Of a DNA stretch of 64,000 bases, positions 9,142 through 18,011 are shown piece after piece. Both the position numbers and the translations under genes were made by a program. The DNA is taken from contig OY970067.1 in assembly GCA_963705305.1 (NCBI GenBank), positions 2,880,001 to 2,944,000 of the forward strand, given 5' to 3'. Each line of letters begins with the position of its first letter. Position 1 is the first letter of the stretch. The DNA is from an uncultured Methylomirabilota bacterium (GTDB lineage: Bacteria; Methylomirabilota; Methylomirabilia; Methylomirabilales; 2-02-FULL-66-22). Below the pieces are notes generated by a model. The model had not been told where the DNA came from. It worked only from the letters and a program-made list of their open reading frames with translations, and ran no database searches.

Positions 9142-9504
9142 ATGGCACGTGCACTGGAGGCAACGCGGCCGACGGTCGGGATCGGCGCTCGCCCGCTGCC
9201 GCGGCGGCGCTGGCAATGGTGGGAGCGGCTGGAGTCGATCTCGACGGTGGGCCTGGGGCTGCTGTTTTTGGCGGGGGCGCTCTTCTACGTCTGGCAGCAC
9301 ACCCTCGTGGTGCGGGAAGGCTATGCCCTGGAGCGCCTGCGGGTGACCCAGGCCAATCTGTTCCAGGAGAACAAGGCCCTGCGGCTGGAGGTGGCCCAGC
9401 TCAGGTCGCTGAGGCGTGTCGAGAAGATCGCACGCACCCGCCTCGGGATGGTGACGCCCGGTCCGGGACAGGTGGTGATCATGCCCGAGGCAAGCATCCA
9501 GTAG
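9142..9504 (+). CDS. ftsL: Cell division protein FtsL
   Basis: Single TM plus coiled coil ending RVEKIARTRLGM; position between rsmH and ftsI. Confidence 0.9.
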   Translation: MARALEATRPTVGIGARPLPRRRWQWWERLESISTVGLGLLFLAGALFYVWQHTLVVREGYALERLRVTQANLFQENKALRLEVAQLRSLRRVEKIARTRLGMVTPGPGQVVIMPEASIQ

Positions 9505-9643
9505 GGGGCGGCGATCGGGGAGTGACGGATGGGGAGTGTGGGCACCGGCGGCGGGATGAGCGCGGCGACCCGCCGTCCGGTGTCCGTGTCGTCCGAGGTC
9601 CGGTCCGCGTGATTCCTCCGACGAGGCGGGGGGAGGCCAGAGT

Positions 9644-11350
9644 GTGATGAGGGTGCGCATCCTGGGGATCTTCCTCCTCCTCCTGCTGTGCCTCGGCGTC
9701 GTCGCCGCAAAGCTCTACGCCATCCAGATCCAGCAAGGCGACCGCCTGGCCGAGCGCGCCGTCAGCCAGTATAAGCGGCTGGTGCCCCTGATCTCGCGGC
9801 GGGGGACGATTTATGACCGTTCCGGCCGGGAGCTCGCCGTCAGCCTGCAGGTGGCCTCCGCCTTCGCCCAGCCGGCGGCCATCCAGGACGCGGGGGCCGC
9901 CGCCCGGGCGCTGGCGCCCGTCCTCGGGATGACCGTCAAAGAGCTGCTCCCCCGGCTCACCGCCTCGGAACCCTTCGTGTGGCTCCGGCGGCAGCTGGAC
10001 CCCGGCCAGGTGGAGGCGGTCAACGATCTGAACCTCAAGGGCATCGGTCTCTTCCCGGAAAGCCGCCGGTACTATCCGCGGCAGGAGCTGGCAGCCCACG
10101 TCCTTGGGCTGGTGGGGGTGGATGACCGGGGCCTGGAGGGTGTGGAGCGGGAGTATAACGACTACCTGGGCGGCAGGCCCCAGTACGTGCTGGCCCAGCA
10201 GGATGCTCTCGGGCGCATCATCTTCCGCCAGGAGGAGCCGGAGCCGCGCACCCCCCCCATCTTCAATCTCAGCCTGACGATCGACGAGGTCCTCCAATAC
10301 ACCGCCGAGCGCGAGCTCCAGCGCGCCGTGGAGCAGTCCCGCGCAAAGGGGGGGACGGCCATCGTCATGGACCCCTGGACGGGAGAGGTCCTGGCGCTGG
10401 CGAACCAGCCGACCTTCGATCCCAACAACTACCGGAAGAGCAGCATCGCCGCCCGCCGTGACCGGGCGGTTACCGATTACTTCGAGCCGGGCTCGGTCTT
10501 CAAGGTGATCCTGGTGGCGGGGGCCCTGGAGGAGGGGGTCGTCCATCCCGACGACCGGTTCTTCGGCGAGAACGGATCCATCGAGGTGGGCGGGGTCACC
10601 ATCCGGGATCACGAGAAGTACGGCTGGCTGACGGTGCGGCAGATCCTGGCCCAATCGAGCAACGTGGGAGCCATCAAGATCGGCCAGAAGCTGGGCAAGA
10701 GCCTGTACTACCACTATATCAGCGGCTTCGGCTTCGGGAGCCTGACGGACGTGGATCTGCCCGGCGAGACCCCCGGCTTCATCCGACGACCCAAGAACTG
10801 GTCGGCGCTGTCGCTGCCGACACTCTCCATTGGCCAGGAGATCTCGGTGACGCCCCTGCAACTGGCGGCCGCGTTCTCCGCGGTGGCCAACGGGGGGAAC
10901 CTGGTCCGCCCGTACGTGGTTCGCGCCATGCGCACGCCGGACGGGTCGCTGTCGCGCCAGATCGAGCCGGCGGTGGTCCGGCGCGTGATCTCCCCCGAAA
11001 CCGCCCGGACCCTCCTCAACATGCTGACGGCGGTCGTGGACGGAGGGACCGGAAAAGAGGCGGCCCTGGAGGAGTACAGCGTGGCCGGGAAGACCGGGAC
11101 GGCGCAGAAGCTGGATCCCGGGACGGGACGCTATTCTCACCGCCGCGTGGTGGTCTCCTTCATCGGGACGGTTCCGGCCGAGGCGCCGCGCCTGGTGATC
11201 CTGGTGGCGGTGGATGAGCCCGAGGTGAACCGCTGGGGCGGCTCCACCGCCGCCCCCGCCTTCCGGGAGATCGCCCGGGATGCCATGCAGTATCTCCGGG
11301 TTCCCCCCTCCCCGCGGAGGGACGTCCGGCTGGTCCGGGCAGGCGGCTAG
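9644..11350 (+). CDS. ftsI: Septal transpeptidase PBP3
   Basis: RGTIYDR, RYYP, GLEGVE; SxxK (GSVFK), SxN (SSNVG) and KTG motifs. Confidence 0.96.
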   Translation: MMRVRILGIFLLLLLCLGVVAAKLYAIQIQQGDRLAERAVSQYKRLVPLISRRGTIYDRSGRELAVSLQVASAFAQPAAIQDAGAAARALAPVLGMTVKELLPRLTASEPFVWLRRQLDPGQVEAVNDLNLKGIGLFPESRRYYPRQELAAHVLGLVGVDDRGLEGVEREYNDYLGGRPQYVLAQQDALGRIIFRQEEPEPRTPPIFNLSLTIDEVLQYTAERELQRAVEQSRAKGGTAIVMDPWTGEVLALANQPTFDPNNYRKSSIAARRDRAVTDYFEPGSVFKVILVAGALEEGVVHPDDRFFGENGSIEVGGVTIRDHEKYGWLTVRQILAQSSNVGAIKIGQKLGKSLYYHYISGFGFGSLTDVDLPGETPGFIRRPKNWSALSLPTLSIGQEISVTPLQLAAAFSAVANGGNLVRPYVVRAMRTPDGSLSRQIEPAVVRRVISPETARTLLNMLTAVVDGGTGKEAALEEYSVAGKTGTAQKLDPGTGRYSHRRVVVSFIGTVPAEAPRLVILVAVDEPEVNRWGGSTAAPAFREIARDAMQYLRVPPSPRRDVRLVRAGG

Positions 11351-11393
11351 GCGGCCAGGGAACTGGGCGGCAAGGGGGCGGGGCACCGAGAGC

Positions 11394-11481
11394 ATTGTGG
11401 ATACCGGATTGTTGACTGCGGAATGAAAGGAAGTAACCCAGGCACCAGATTCCGCAATCCACAATCCGCATTCCGAAATCG
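11394..11481. repeat. Inverted array of degenerate heptamers (ATTGYGG... / AATCCGC...) forming a hairpin
   Basis: attgtgg-ataccgg-attgttg-actgcgg versus attccgc-aatccac-aatccgc-attccga between ftsI and murE. Confidence 0.65.
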
Positions 11482-11509
11482 ACCGTTGGGAGAGTCCGCG
11501 AGGGGCGGA

Positions 11510-13042
11510 ATGCGGCTTGACCAATTGCTGAGCGGATGGACGGAGGCGCAAGTTGCCGGCCGGACGGATCTCGAGATCACCGGCGTGGGTCACGATTCGC
11601 GCCAGGCCGCCCCCGGCATTCTCTTCGTCTGCATCCGGGGCTTCCGCCACGACGGGCACCGCTTCATCGGAGAGGCCGCGGCCCGCGGCGCCGCGGCCAT
11701 CATGGTCGAGGAGGATCCGGAAGGGCTGCTCCTGCCCCCCGGGCTCACGGTGATCCGGGTGCCCGACACCCGCATCGGCCTGGCCGAAGCCGCCGCGCGG
11801 TTTTTCGACCACCCCAGCCGGCAGCTCCGCCTGGTGGGGGTCACGGGCACCAACGGCAAGACCACGACCGCCTACCTGGTGGAGGCGATCCTCTCGGCGG
11901 CGGGCCGCCTGACCGGCCTGCTCGGCACCATCGAGTACCGCTGCGGGACGGCGACCTTCCCCGGCGAGCGCACCACCCCCGAATCCAGCGATCTCCAGTC
12001 CCTCCTGCAGCGCATGAGGAGCCTGGGGGCGTGGGGGGCGGCGATGGAGGTCTCCTCGCACTCCCTGAGCCTCCACCGGGTGAACGGGTGCGAATTCGAT
12101 GTCGGGATCTTCACCAACCTGACGCAGGATCACCTGGACTTCCACGGCAGCATGGAGGGCTACGCCGAGGCCAAGGCCGGGCTCTTCCGGATGCTGGGAA
12201 CGGAGCGCCACAAGGCCGGCGAGGCCGCCGCCATCCTGAACGGGGACGACCCGTGGGCCGGCACCATGGCGGGGGCTACGCGGGCACGGGTGTTCCACTT
12301 CAGTCTGCGGGGCGCCGCCGAGATCCGTGCGCGCGAGACCCGGCTGGACCTGGGAGGCATCCGCGCCGTGCTGGAGACTCCCTGGGGTCCCCTGGAGGTC
12401 GCCTCGCCGCTCGTCGGCTGGCACAACCTGGCCAACATCCTGGGGGCGGTGGGCGGCTGCCTGCACCTGGGGGTGGACCGGGATGCGGTCGCCCGGGGCG
12501 TCGGCCGCCTGCGCGCCGTGCCCGGCCGCTTCGAGAAGGTGGAGGCCGGCCAGCCCTTCGGGGTCGTGGTGGATTACGCCCACACCCCGGATGCTCTGGA
12601 TCACGTGCTGCAGGTGGCCCGCGAATTTACCCGTGGCCGCGTCATCGTCGTCTTCGGCTGCGGCGGGGACCGCGACCGGGGGAAGCGACCGCTCATGGGT
12701 GGTGTGACCTCGCGGCTGGCCGACGTGACGATCGTCACCTCGGACAACCCGCGCAGTGAAGACCCCCTGGCCATCATCGAGGAGATCGAAGCGGGCATCA
12801 AAAAGGTGTCTCCGGGCGCCCATCAGCATGCTACAATTCCAGATCGGCGCGAGGCCATCAGTGCCGCCCTGGCGCAAGCCAGGGACGGCGACCTCGTGGT
12901 GATCGCGGGCAAGGGGCACGAGACCTCCCAAATCCTCCGAGACCGCACGATCCCCTTCGACGACAGAGTGGTTGCACGCGAGGCACTGGTGACGGCGGGG
13001 TACCGCGCCCCCGGGAGCGGGTCCGCCTGCAGGGACCGCTGA
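11510..13042 (+). CDS. murE: UDP-MurNAc-dipeptide:meso-DAP ligase
   Basis: GVTGTNGKTT, MEVSSH, NLTQDHLDFH, DYAHTPD, DNPR (meso-DAP specificity), AGKGHE. Confidence 0.97.
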   Translation: MRLDQLLSGWTEAQVAGRTDLEITGVGHDSRQAAPGILFVCIRGFRHDGHRFIGEAAARGAAAIMVEEDPEGLLLPPGLTVIRVPDTRIGLAEAAARFFDHPSRQLRLVGVTGTNGKTTTAYLVEAILSAAGRLTGLLGTIEYRCGTATFPGERTTPESSDLQSLLQRMRSLGAWGAAMEVSSHSLSLHRVNGCEFDVGIFTNLTQDHLDFHGSMEGYAEAKAGLFRMLGTERHKAGEAAAILNGDDPWAGTMAGATRARVFHFSLRGAAEIRARETRLDLGGIRAVLETPWGPLEVASPLVGWHNLANILGAVGGCLHLGVDRDAVARGVGRLRAVPGRFEKVEAGQPFGVVVDYAHTPDALDHVLQVAREFTRGRVIVVFGCGGDRDRGKRPLMGGVTSRLADVTIVTSDNPRSEDPLAIIEEIEAGIKKVSPGAHQHATIPDRREAISAALAQARDGDLVVIAGKGHETSQILRDRTIPFDDRVVAREALVTAGYRAPGSGSACRDR

Positions 13043-13054
13043 TGGGGTGGGCCT

Positions 13055-13825
13055 GTGCTGATCCGGATCGACGGGCTGGACACCTACTACACGCTGGAGG
13101 GAGACGGGCCGCCGGTGCTCCTGCTGCACGGCTGGGGGGCCTCGGGCGAAAGCCTGGCGGGGCCGGCCGCGGCCCTCGCGGACGCGTTCCGCGTCGCTCG
13201 GGTGGACCTGCCGGGATTCGGCTGGAGCGCGCCGCCGCCGGGGGCCTGGGGCATCGGCCAGTACGCCGGGCACGTCCGCGGGCTAATGGACGCGCTGGGG
13301 ATTCCCCGCGCGGCGCTGGTGGGCCACTCCTTCGGGGGGCGGATCGCCATCCATCTGGCAGCCCGGGAGTCGACGCGAGTGGCGCGGCTGGTGCTGGTCG
13401 CCGGCGCCGGCATCCGGCCCCGGCGGGGACCGCGCTACTACTTGCGGGTGGCGGGCACGAAGGCGGTGAAGCGCATCTTTTCCCTTCCCGGGTGGGGGGC
13501 GCTTGGCGAGCGGGTCAAGGGGCGCTGGCTCGGGCGGGTCGGCTCCCGGGACTATCGGGCCGCGGGGCGCCTGCGGCCGACCCTGGTCAAGGTGGTCAAC
13601 GAGGACCTGCGGCCGCTGCTCCCTGCCATCCGCGTCCCGACCCTGGTCCTGTGGGGGGATCGGGACGCCGAGGTGGGACGTCCGGCCACGGAGTGCCTGG
13701 CCACGGAGATCCGGGATGCGCGTATGGTGGTCTTTCCCGGGGCGGGCCACTTTCCGTTCCTGGATGCCCCGGACGAGTTCCGGCGGCATCTGCGCACGTT
13801 CTTGCTGGAGGGAGCGCGCTGGTGA
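13055..13825 (+). CDS. Alpha/beta hydrolase embedded in dcw
   Basis: LHGWG, DLPGFG, GHSFGG nucleophile elbow, WGDRD, GAGHFPF; stop overlaps the next start (GTGA). Confidence 0.92.
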   Translation: MLIRIDGLDTYYTLEGDGPPVLLLHGWGASGESLAGPAAALADAFRVARVDLPGFGWSAPPPGAWGIGQYAGHVRGLMDALGIPRAALVGHSFGGRIAIHLAARESTRVARLVLVAGAGIRPRRGPRYYLRVAGTKAVKRIFSLPGWGALGERVKGRWLGRVGSRDYRAAGRLRPTLVKVVNEDLRPLLPAIRVPTLVLWGDRDAEVGRPATECLATEIRDARMVVFPGAGHFPFLDAPDEFRRHLRTFLLEGARW

Positions 13826-15498
13826 CTTCCCGGGAACGGGTCGACCTGTCGAGGTGGCCGCGCCAGCTGGCGGGGATTCTGGCTCCCTACGGTCTGGTGG
13901 CTGCGGGGCGCCATCTGGACTGCCTCTACCTCCTCCAGCTGGAGCGCTACAAGCCGGACCGGTACGTCCGGTGGGTGCGGGCGCACTGGCGCCGACTGCT
14001 CACGCCCTTCGAGATCGGCCTGCAAGCTGCCACCACTCTCGGCGTGGCCCTGCTGGCCTGTCTGGGGACCCCTTGGCCGGTGCTGTACATCGGCTGGATC
14101 GCGAGTGGCGCGCTGCTTCTCCGGCGCTGGCGGTCCCTGCAGGTCAGCCAGCATCTTCAGTGGACCTCGCGGGCGGTGCGCGCCGCCGCCGTCGCCTGCG
14201 GGATCAGCGCCTGCCTGGTGGCGGCGGGCGTGCTCGTGGCCGGCTGGACCGGCGGTTCTGCCGGCTGGACGGCGCGACTCCTGGCAGGGGGCGTCGCCGG
14301 CATGGCGCTGGCGGGCCTCCTGGCGCCGGTCAGCGTGCTGGGGGCCGGCCGTCTGCTGGCCCCGGTCGAGCAGGCCATTGCCCGGCGCTTCCTGGGCGAG
14401 GCGGCCCGGCGCATGCGGGCGTATCCGGGGCGGGTGGTCGGCATCACGGGAAGTTACGGGAAGACCACCACCAAGCACATCCTGGGCGATCTCCTGGCGT
14501 CGCGCTACCGGGTGTTGAAGACCCCCGCCGGCGTGAACACCACCATGGGCATCACCCGGGTCGTGCGCGAGGAGCTCAAGGACGACCAGGAGATCTTCGT
14601 GGTGGAGATGTCGGCCTACGGTCCCGGGGAGATCCGCGAGGTCTGCGACCTGGTCCATCCGTCGCTGGGAATCCTCACCGCCGTGGGCGTGCAGCACCTG
14701 GAGCGCTTCGGGACGCCCGAACGAATCGCCGAGGCCAAGTACGAGCTGGTGGCGGCCCTGCCGGCCGGGGCGCCGGCCGTGATCAACGCCGACGATCCCG
14801 TCTGCGTCCAGCTGGCCCGGCGGGCCCGGGCGGAGGGGAAGCGGGTGCTGCTCTACGGGCTGGGGGAGCCGGGGCGGGAGCTGGCCGTGTGCGGTTTGGA
14901 TCTGACTGCGGGTCCGCGGGGCAGCCGGTTCCGGGTGGTGGTGGCGCAGGGCGGTTCGGAGACGTTCGAGACCCCCCTCCTGGGCCGCTGGAACATCTCC
15001 AATGTCCTGGGGGCGATCGCGGCCGCCCTGGAGTGCGGGCTGTCACTCGACGGCCTGCGGGGGCCGGTGGCGGCGCTCCAACCGGCCCCCCGGCGGCTGG
15101 AGATCAAGGAAGAGGGGGGCATCCTGCGGATCCTGGATGTGGCCAACGCCAATCCCAGGGGTGCCGAGATGGCCCTGGAGGTTCTGGGGCAGTTCGCGGG
15201 GGGCTCCCGCATCCTGATCACGCCCGGCATGGTGGAGCTGGGCCCGCTCGAGGCGGAGGAGAACCGGCGGTTCGGCCAGCGGGCGGCGGCGGTGTGCGAT
15301 TACGTGGTGCTGGTCGGGCCGGCGCAGACGCGACCCATCCGGCAGGGGCTGCTGGAGGCGGGATTCGCCGAGGAGCGGATCCGCACGGCTCGGCATTCCG
15401 GCGAGGTGGCGGACCACCTGGCGGGGATCGTCCGGCCGGGGGATGTCTTGCTGTACGAGAACCGGCTTCCGGATACCTATCTCGAGGTGGAGCCATGA
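13822..15498 (+). CDS. murF: MurF-like ligase with N-terminal multi-TM domain
   Basis: N-terminal LQLERY plus about 4 hydrophobic helices; GITGSYGKTT, VVEM, QHLERFG, ANANP, TPGMVELG, ENRLPDTY. Confidence 0.88.
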   Translation: MTSRERVDLSRWPRQLAGILAPYGLVAAGRHLDCLYLLQLERYKPDRYVRWVRAHWRRLLTPFEIGLQAATTLGVALLACLGTPWPVLYIGWIASGALLLRRWRSLQVSQHLQWTSRAVRAAAVACGISACLVAAGVLVAGWTGGSAGWTARLLAGGVAGMALAGLLAPVSVLGAGRLLAPVEQAIARRFLGEAARRMRAYPGRVVGITGSYGKTTTKHILGDLLASRYRVLKTPAGVNTTMGITRVVREELKDDQEIFVVEMSAYGPGEIREVCDLVHPSLGILTAVGVQHLERFGTPERIAEAKYELVAALPAGAPAVINADDPVCVQLARRARAEGKRVLLYGLGEPGRELAVCGLDLTAGPRGSRFRVVVAQGGSETFETPLLGRWNISNVLGAIAAALECGLSLDGLRGPVAALQPAPRRLEIKEEGGILRILDVANANPRGAEMALEVLGQFAGGSRILITPGMVELGPLEAEENRRFGQRAAAVCDYVVLVGPAQTRPIRQGLLEAGFAEERIRTARHSGEVADHLAGIVRPGDVLLYENRLPDTYLEVEP

Positions 15499-16754
15499 CG
15501 CGCGTCGGCCTGATCTTCGGCAGTCGGTCGGTGGAGCACGAGATCTCCGTGACCACTGCCAGCAAGGTGTATGAGGCGCTGCGGCAGCTGGCGGGCGAGG
15601 TGGAAACCGTTCCCCTGTACATCAACAAGTCGGGCGTCTGGCTGTGCGGGCCGGGGGTCGTGCGGCTGCTGGAGGTGGAGGCGGAGGGCCGGGCCGCCCA
15701 GGACCCGGGCCGGCGGCAGGAGCTGCAGCGGGTCTACGAGGCCCAGCTGCGCGGTCTGGAGCGGGGGACGGGCGGGGGCGGGGTGGAGCAGCTCTTCGTG
15801 GCGCCGGACGCCTCGCTGCGGGCGCTCTGCGGCCATCCGGCGGCCGCCTCGTGGTTCAAGAAATCCGTGCGGCCGGGGCTGGACGTGGCCTTTCCCGTGG
15901 TGCACGGCACCCACGGCGAGGACGGAACGCTGCAGGGCCTCTTCGAGCTGGCCGATTTGCCCTACGTGGGTCCCGGCCTGGCGGCCTCGGCCGTGGGCAT
16001 GGACAAGATCCTCTCCAAGCTGGCCTTCCGGGGCGCGGGCCTGCCGGTGCTGGAGGCCACCTGGTTCGCACGGCGGCGCTGGCTGGAGGACGAGGCGGCG
16101 GTGGCCAAACAGGTGGAGGCCAGCCTGCCCTACCCCGTGGTGGTCAAGCCGGCCGTGGCCGGCTCCAGCGTGGGCATCGCCCGCGCGGCCGACCCGACGG
16201 AGCTTCTCCGGGCCCTCCGGCAGGCCATCCACTTCAGCACCCGTGTCCTGGTGGAGCGGGCGGTGGACGACCGGCTGGAGGTGCAATGCGCCGTCCTGGG
16301 CAATCACGCCCTGATCGTTTCGGAGTGCGAGGAGCTGGCGCGGGCCGTCGGCATCGTGAGCTTCGACGACAAGTACCTGCGCGGGGCCGACCAGCGGGCG
16401 GCCGCCGACCTGGCGCCGAGCCACATCCCCGCCCGCATCCCGGCCGAGCTCAGGGAGACGGTCCGGGGGCTGGCGGAGAAGACCTTTCGGGCCATCGACG
16501 CGCGGGGCATCGCGCGCGTGGACATCCTGGTGGAGCGGGAGAGCCGGCGTCCGTTCGTGAACGAGGTGAACACCCTGCCCGGGTCGCTGTGCCTGCGGCT
16601 GTGGGAAGCGAGCGGCATCCCGCCCGTGGATCTGGTCCGCCGGCTCCTGGCGCTGGCGCGGGAGGCCCACGAAGAGAAGGCGGCAACCCGGTTCGAGTCG
16701 TCGGAAGGCAAAGGGCTTGTGGACCGGAAGCATCTCATGAGTCCGGGAAAGTAA
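15495..16754 (+). CDS. ddl: D-Ala-D-Ala ligase family protein with an internal insertion
   Basis: FGSRSVEHEIS, HGTHGEDGTLQG, GSSVG, DDKY omega loop, ARVD, NEVNTLPGS; ATGA overlap with murF. Confidence 0.92.
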   Translation: MTRVGLIFGSRSVEHEISVTTASKVYEALRQLAGEVETVPLYINKSGVWLCGPGVVRLLEVEAEGRAAQDPGRRQELQRVYEAQLRGLERGTGGGGVEQLFVAPDASLRALCGHPAAASWFKKSVRPGLDVAFPVVHGTHGEDGTLQGLFELADLPYVGPGLAASAVGMDKILSKLAFRGAGLPVLEATWFARRRWLEDEAAVAKQVEASLPYPVVVKPAVAGSSVGIARAADPTELLRALRQAIHFSTRVLVERAVDDRLEVQCAVLGNHALIVSECEELARAVGIVSFDDKYLRGADQRAAADLAPSHIPARIPAELRETVRGLAEKTFRAIDARGIARVDILVERESRRPFVNEVNTLPGSLCLRLWEASGIPPVDLVRRLLALAREAHEEKAATRFESSEGKGLVDRKHLMSPGK

Positions 16755-16762
16755 GGAGGAGG

Positions 16763-16845
16763 GCCATCAGCCATCCACCTTCAGCGATCAGCCACGCGCA
16801 AGCGTCCGAGTTCTGGCTGACCGCTGACCGCTGACGGCTGACGGC
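16763..16845. repeat. Inverted heptamer array (GCCATCA... / GCTGACC-GCTGACG...) forming a hairpin
   Basis: gccatca-gccatcc-accttca-gcgatca versus gctgacc-gctgacc-gctgacg-gctgacg between ddl and mraY. Confidence 0.7.
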
Positions 16846-16855
16846 TTCTGACACC

Positions 16856-17938
16856 GTGCTCTATCACCTATTGGTGCCGCTGGCCCACCGATTCGGTCCC
16901 TTCAACGTCTTCCGGTACGTCACCTTCCGGGCGGCGGGGGCGTTCCTGACCGCCCTCCTGGTGGCGCTGATCCTGGGGCTGCCCATCATCCGCAAGCTCT
17001 CCAGTCTGCGGGCGGGCCAAATCGTGCGCGAGGACGGTCCCCAGAGCCACCTGAAGAAGGCCGGCACGCCGACCATGGGCGGTGTCCTGATCCTCCTGGC
17101 GGTGGTGGTGGCCACGCTGTGCTGGGCGCAGCTCACCGACCACTTCATCTGGCTGGTCCTGCTGGTGACGCTGGCCATGGGGGGCGTGGGTTTTGCGGAT
17201 GACTACCTCAAGCTCAGGCGGGCCACCAGCACGGGGCTCAGGCCCGCGCAGAAGTTCCTCTACCAGATCCTGATCGGTCTGGCCGCGGGAGCGTATCTGT
17301 ACCTGTTCCCCACCGACATGTTCACCACCCGGCTGGCCATCCCGTTCTTCAAGCGCTGGATGCCGGAGCTGGGCATCTGGTACATCGGCTTTGCCATGCT
17401 GGTGATCGTGGCGACCTCCAACGCGGTGAACCTCACCGACGGCCTGGACGGCCTGGCCATCGTTCCCACCCTCATGACCGCCGCCACCTTCACGCTGTTG
17501 GCCTACGTCGCCGGCCATGCGGCCATTGCCCGCTACCTCCAGGTGGTGTTCGTGAAGGGGGCCAGCGAGCTGCCGGTTTTCGGGGCCTCCATCGTGGGGG
17601 CGAGTCTCGGCTTCCTCTGGTACAACGCCCATCCGGCCCAGGTGTTCATGGGGGACACGGGCTCGCTGGCGCTGGGGGCCGCCCTGGCCACGGTGGCCCT
17701 GGTCACCAAGAACGAGCTGGTCCTGGTGCTGGCCGGCGGCTGCTTCGTGGTGGAGGCCCTGTCGGTGATCGTCCAGGTGGCGTGGTACCGCCGGACCGGA
17801 CGGCGCGTCTTCCGGATGGCGCCCATCCATCATCACTACGAGCTGAACGGCCTGCCGGAGCCGAAGATCATCGTTCGTTTCTGGATCGTGTCGTTTGTCC
17901 TGCAGGTGCTGGCACTGACGACGCTGAAGTTGCGTTAG
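16856..17938 (+). CDS. mraY: Phospho-MurNAc-pentapeptide transferase
   Basis: KAGTPTMGG, DDYLK, NAVNLTDGLDGL, FMGDTGS, MAPIHHH. Confidence 0.98.
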   Translation: MLYHLLVPLAHRFGPFNVFRYVTFRAAGAFLTALLVALILGLPIIRKLSSLRAGQIVREDGPQSHLKKAGTPTMGGVLILLAVVVATLCWAQLTDHFIWLVLLVTLAMGGVGFADDYLKLRRATSTGLRPAQKFLYQILIGLAAGAYLYLFPTDMFTTRLAIPFFKRWMPELGIWYIGFAMLVIVATSNAVNLTDGLDGLAIVPTLMTAATFTLLAYVAGHAAIARYLQVVFVKGASELPVFGASIVGASLGFLWYNAHPAQVFMGDTGSLALGAALATVALVTKNELVLVLAGGCFVVEALSVIVQVAWYRRTGRRVFRMAPIHHHYELNGLPEPKIIVRFWIVSFVLQVLALTTLKLR

Positions 17939-18011
17939 GGCCGGGAGGCCCCCTCGGCCTGTGAGCTCGAACGGTGGCCGGACCGCCCCGCGGGGGGCCG
18001 CACAGGATCGC

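Noticed and set aside
9479..13273. 1264-aa minus-strand ORF
   Set aside because: Antisense to ftsI and murE; GC-driven absence of stop codons
13042..16754. Apparent 818-aa MurF and 1083-aa Ddl 'fusions' in the ORF track
   Set aside because: The upstream extensions are low-complexity off-frame readings of neighbouring genes; real starts at 13822 and 15495 overlap the upstream stops
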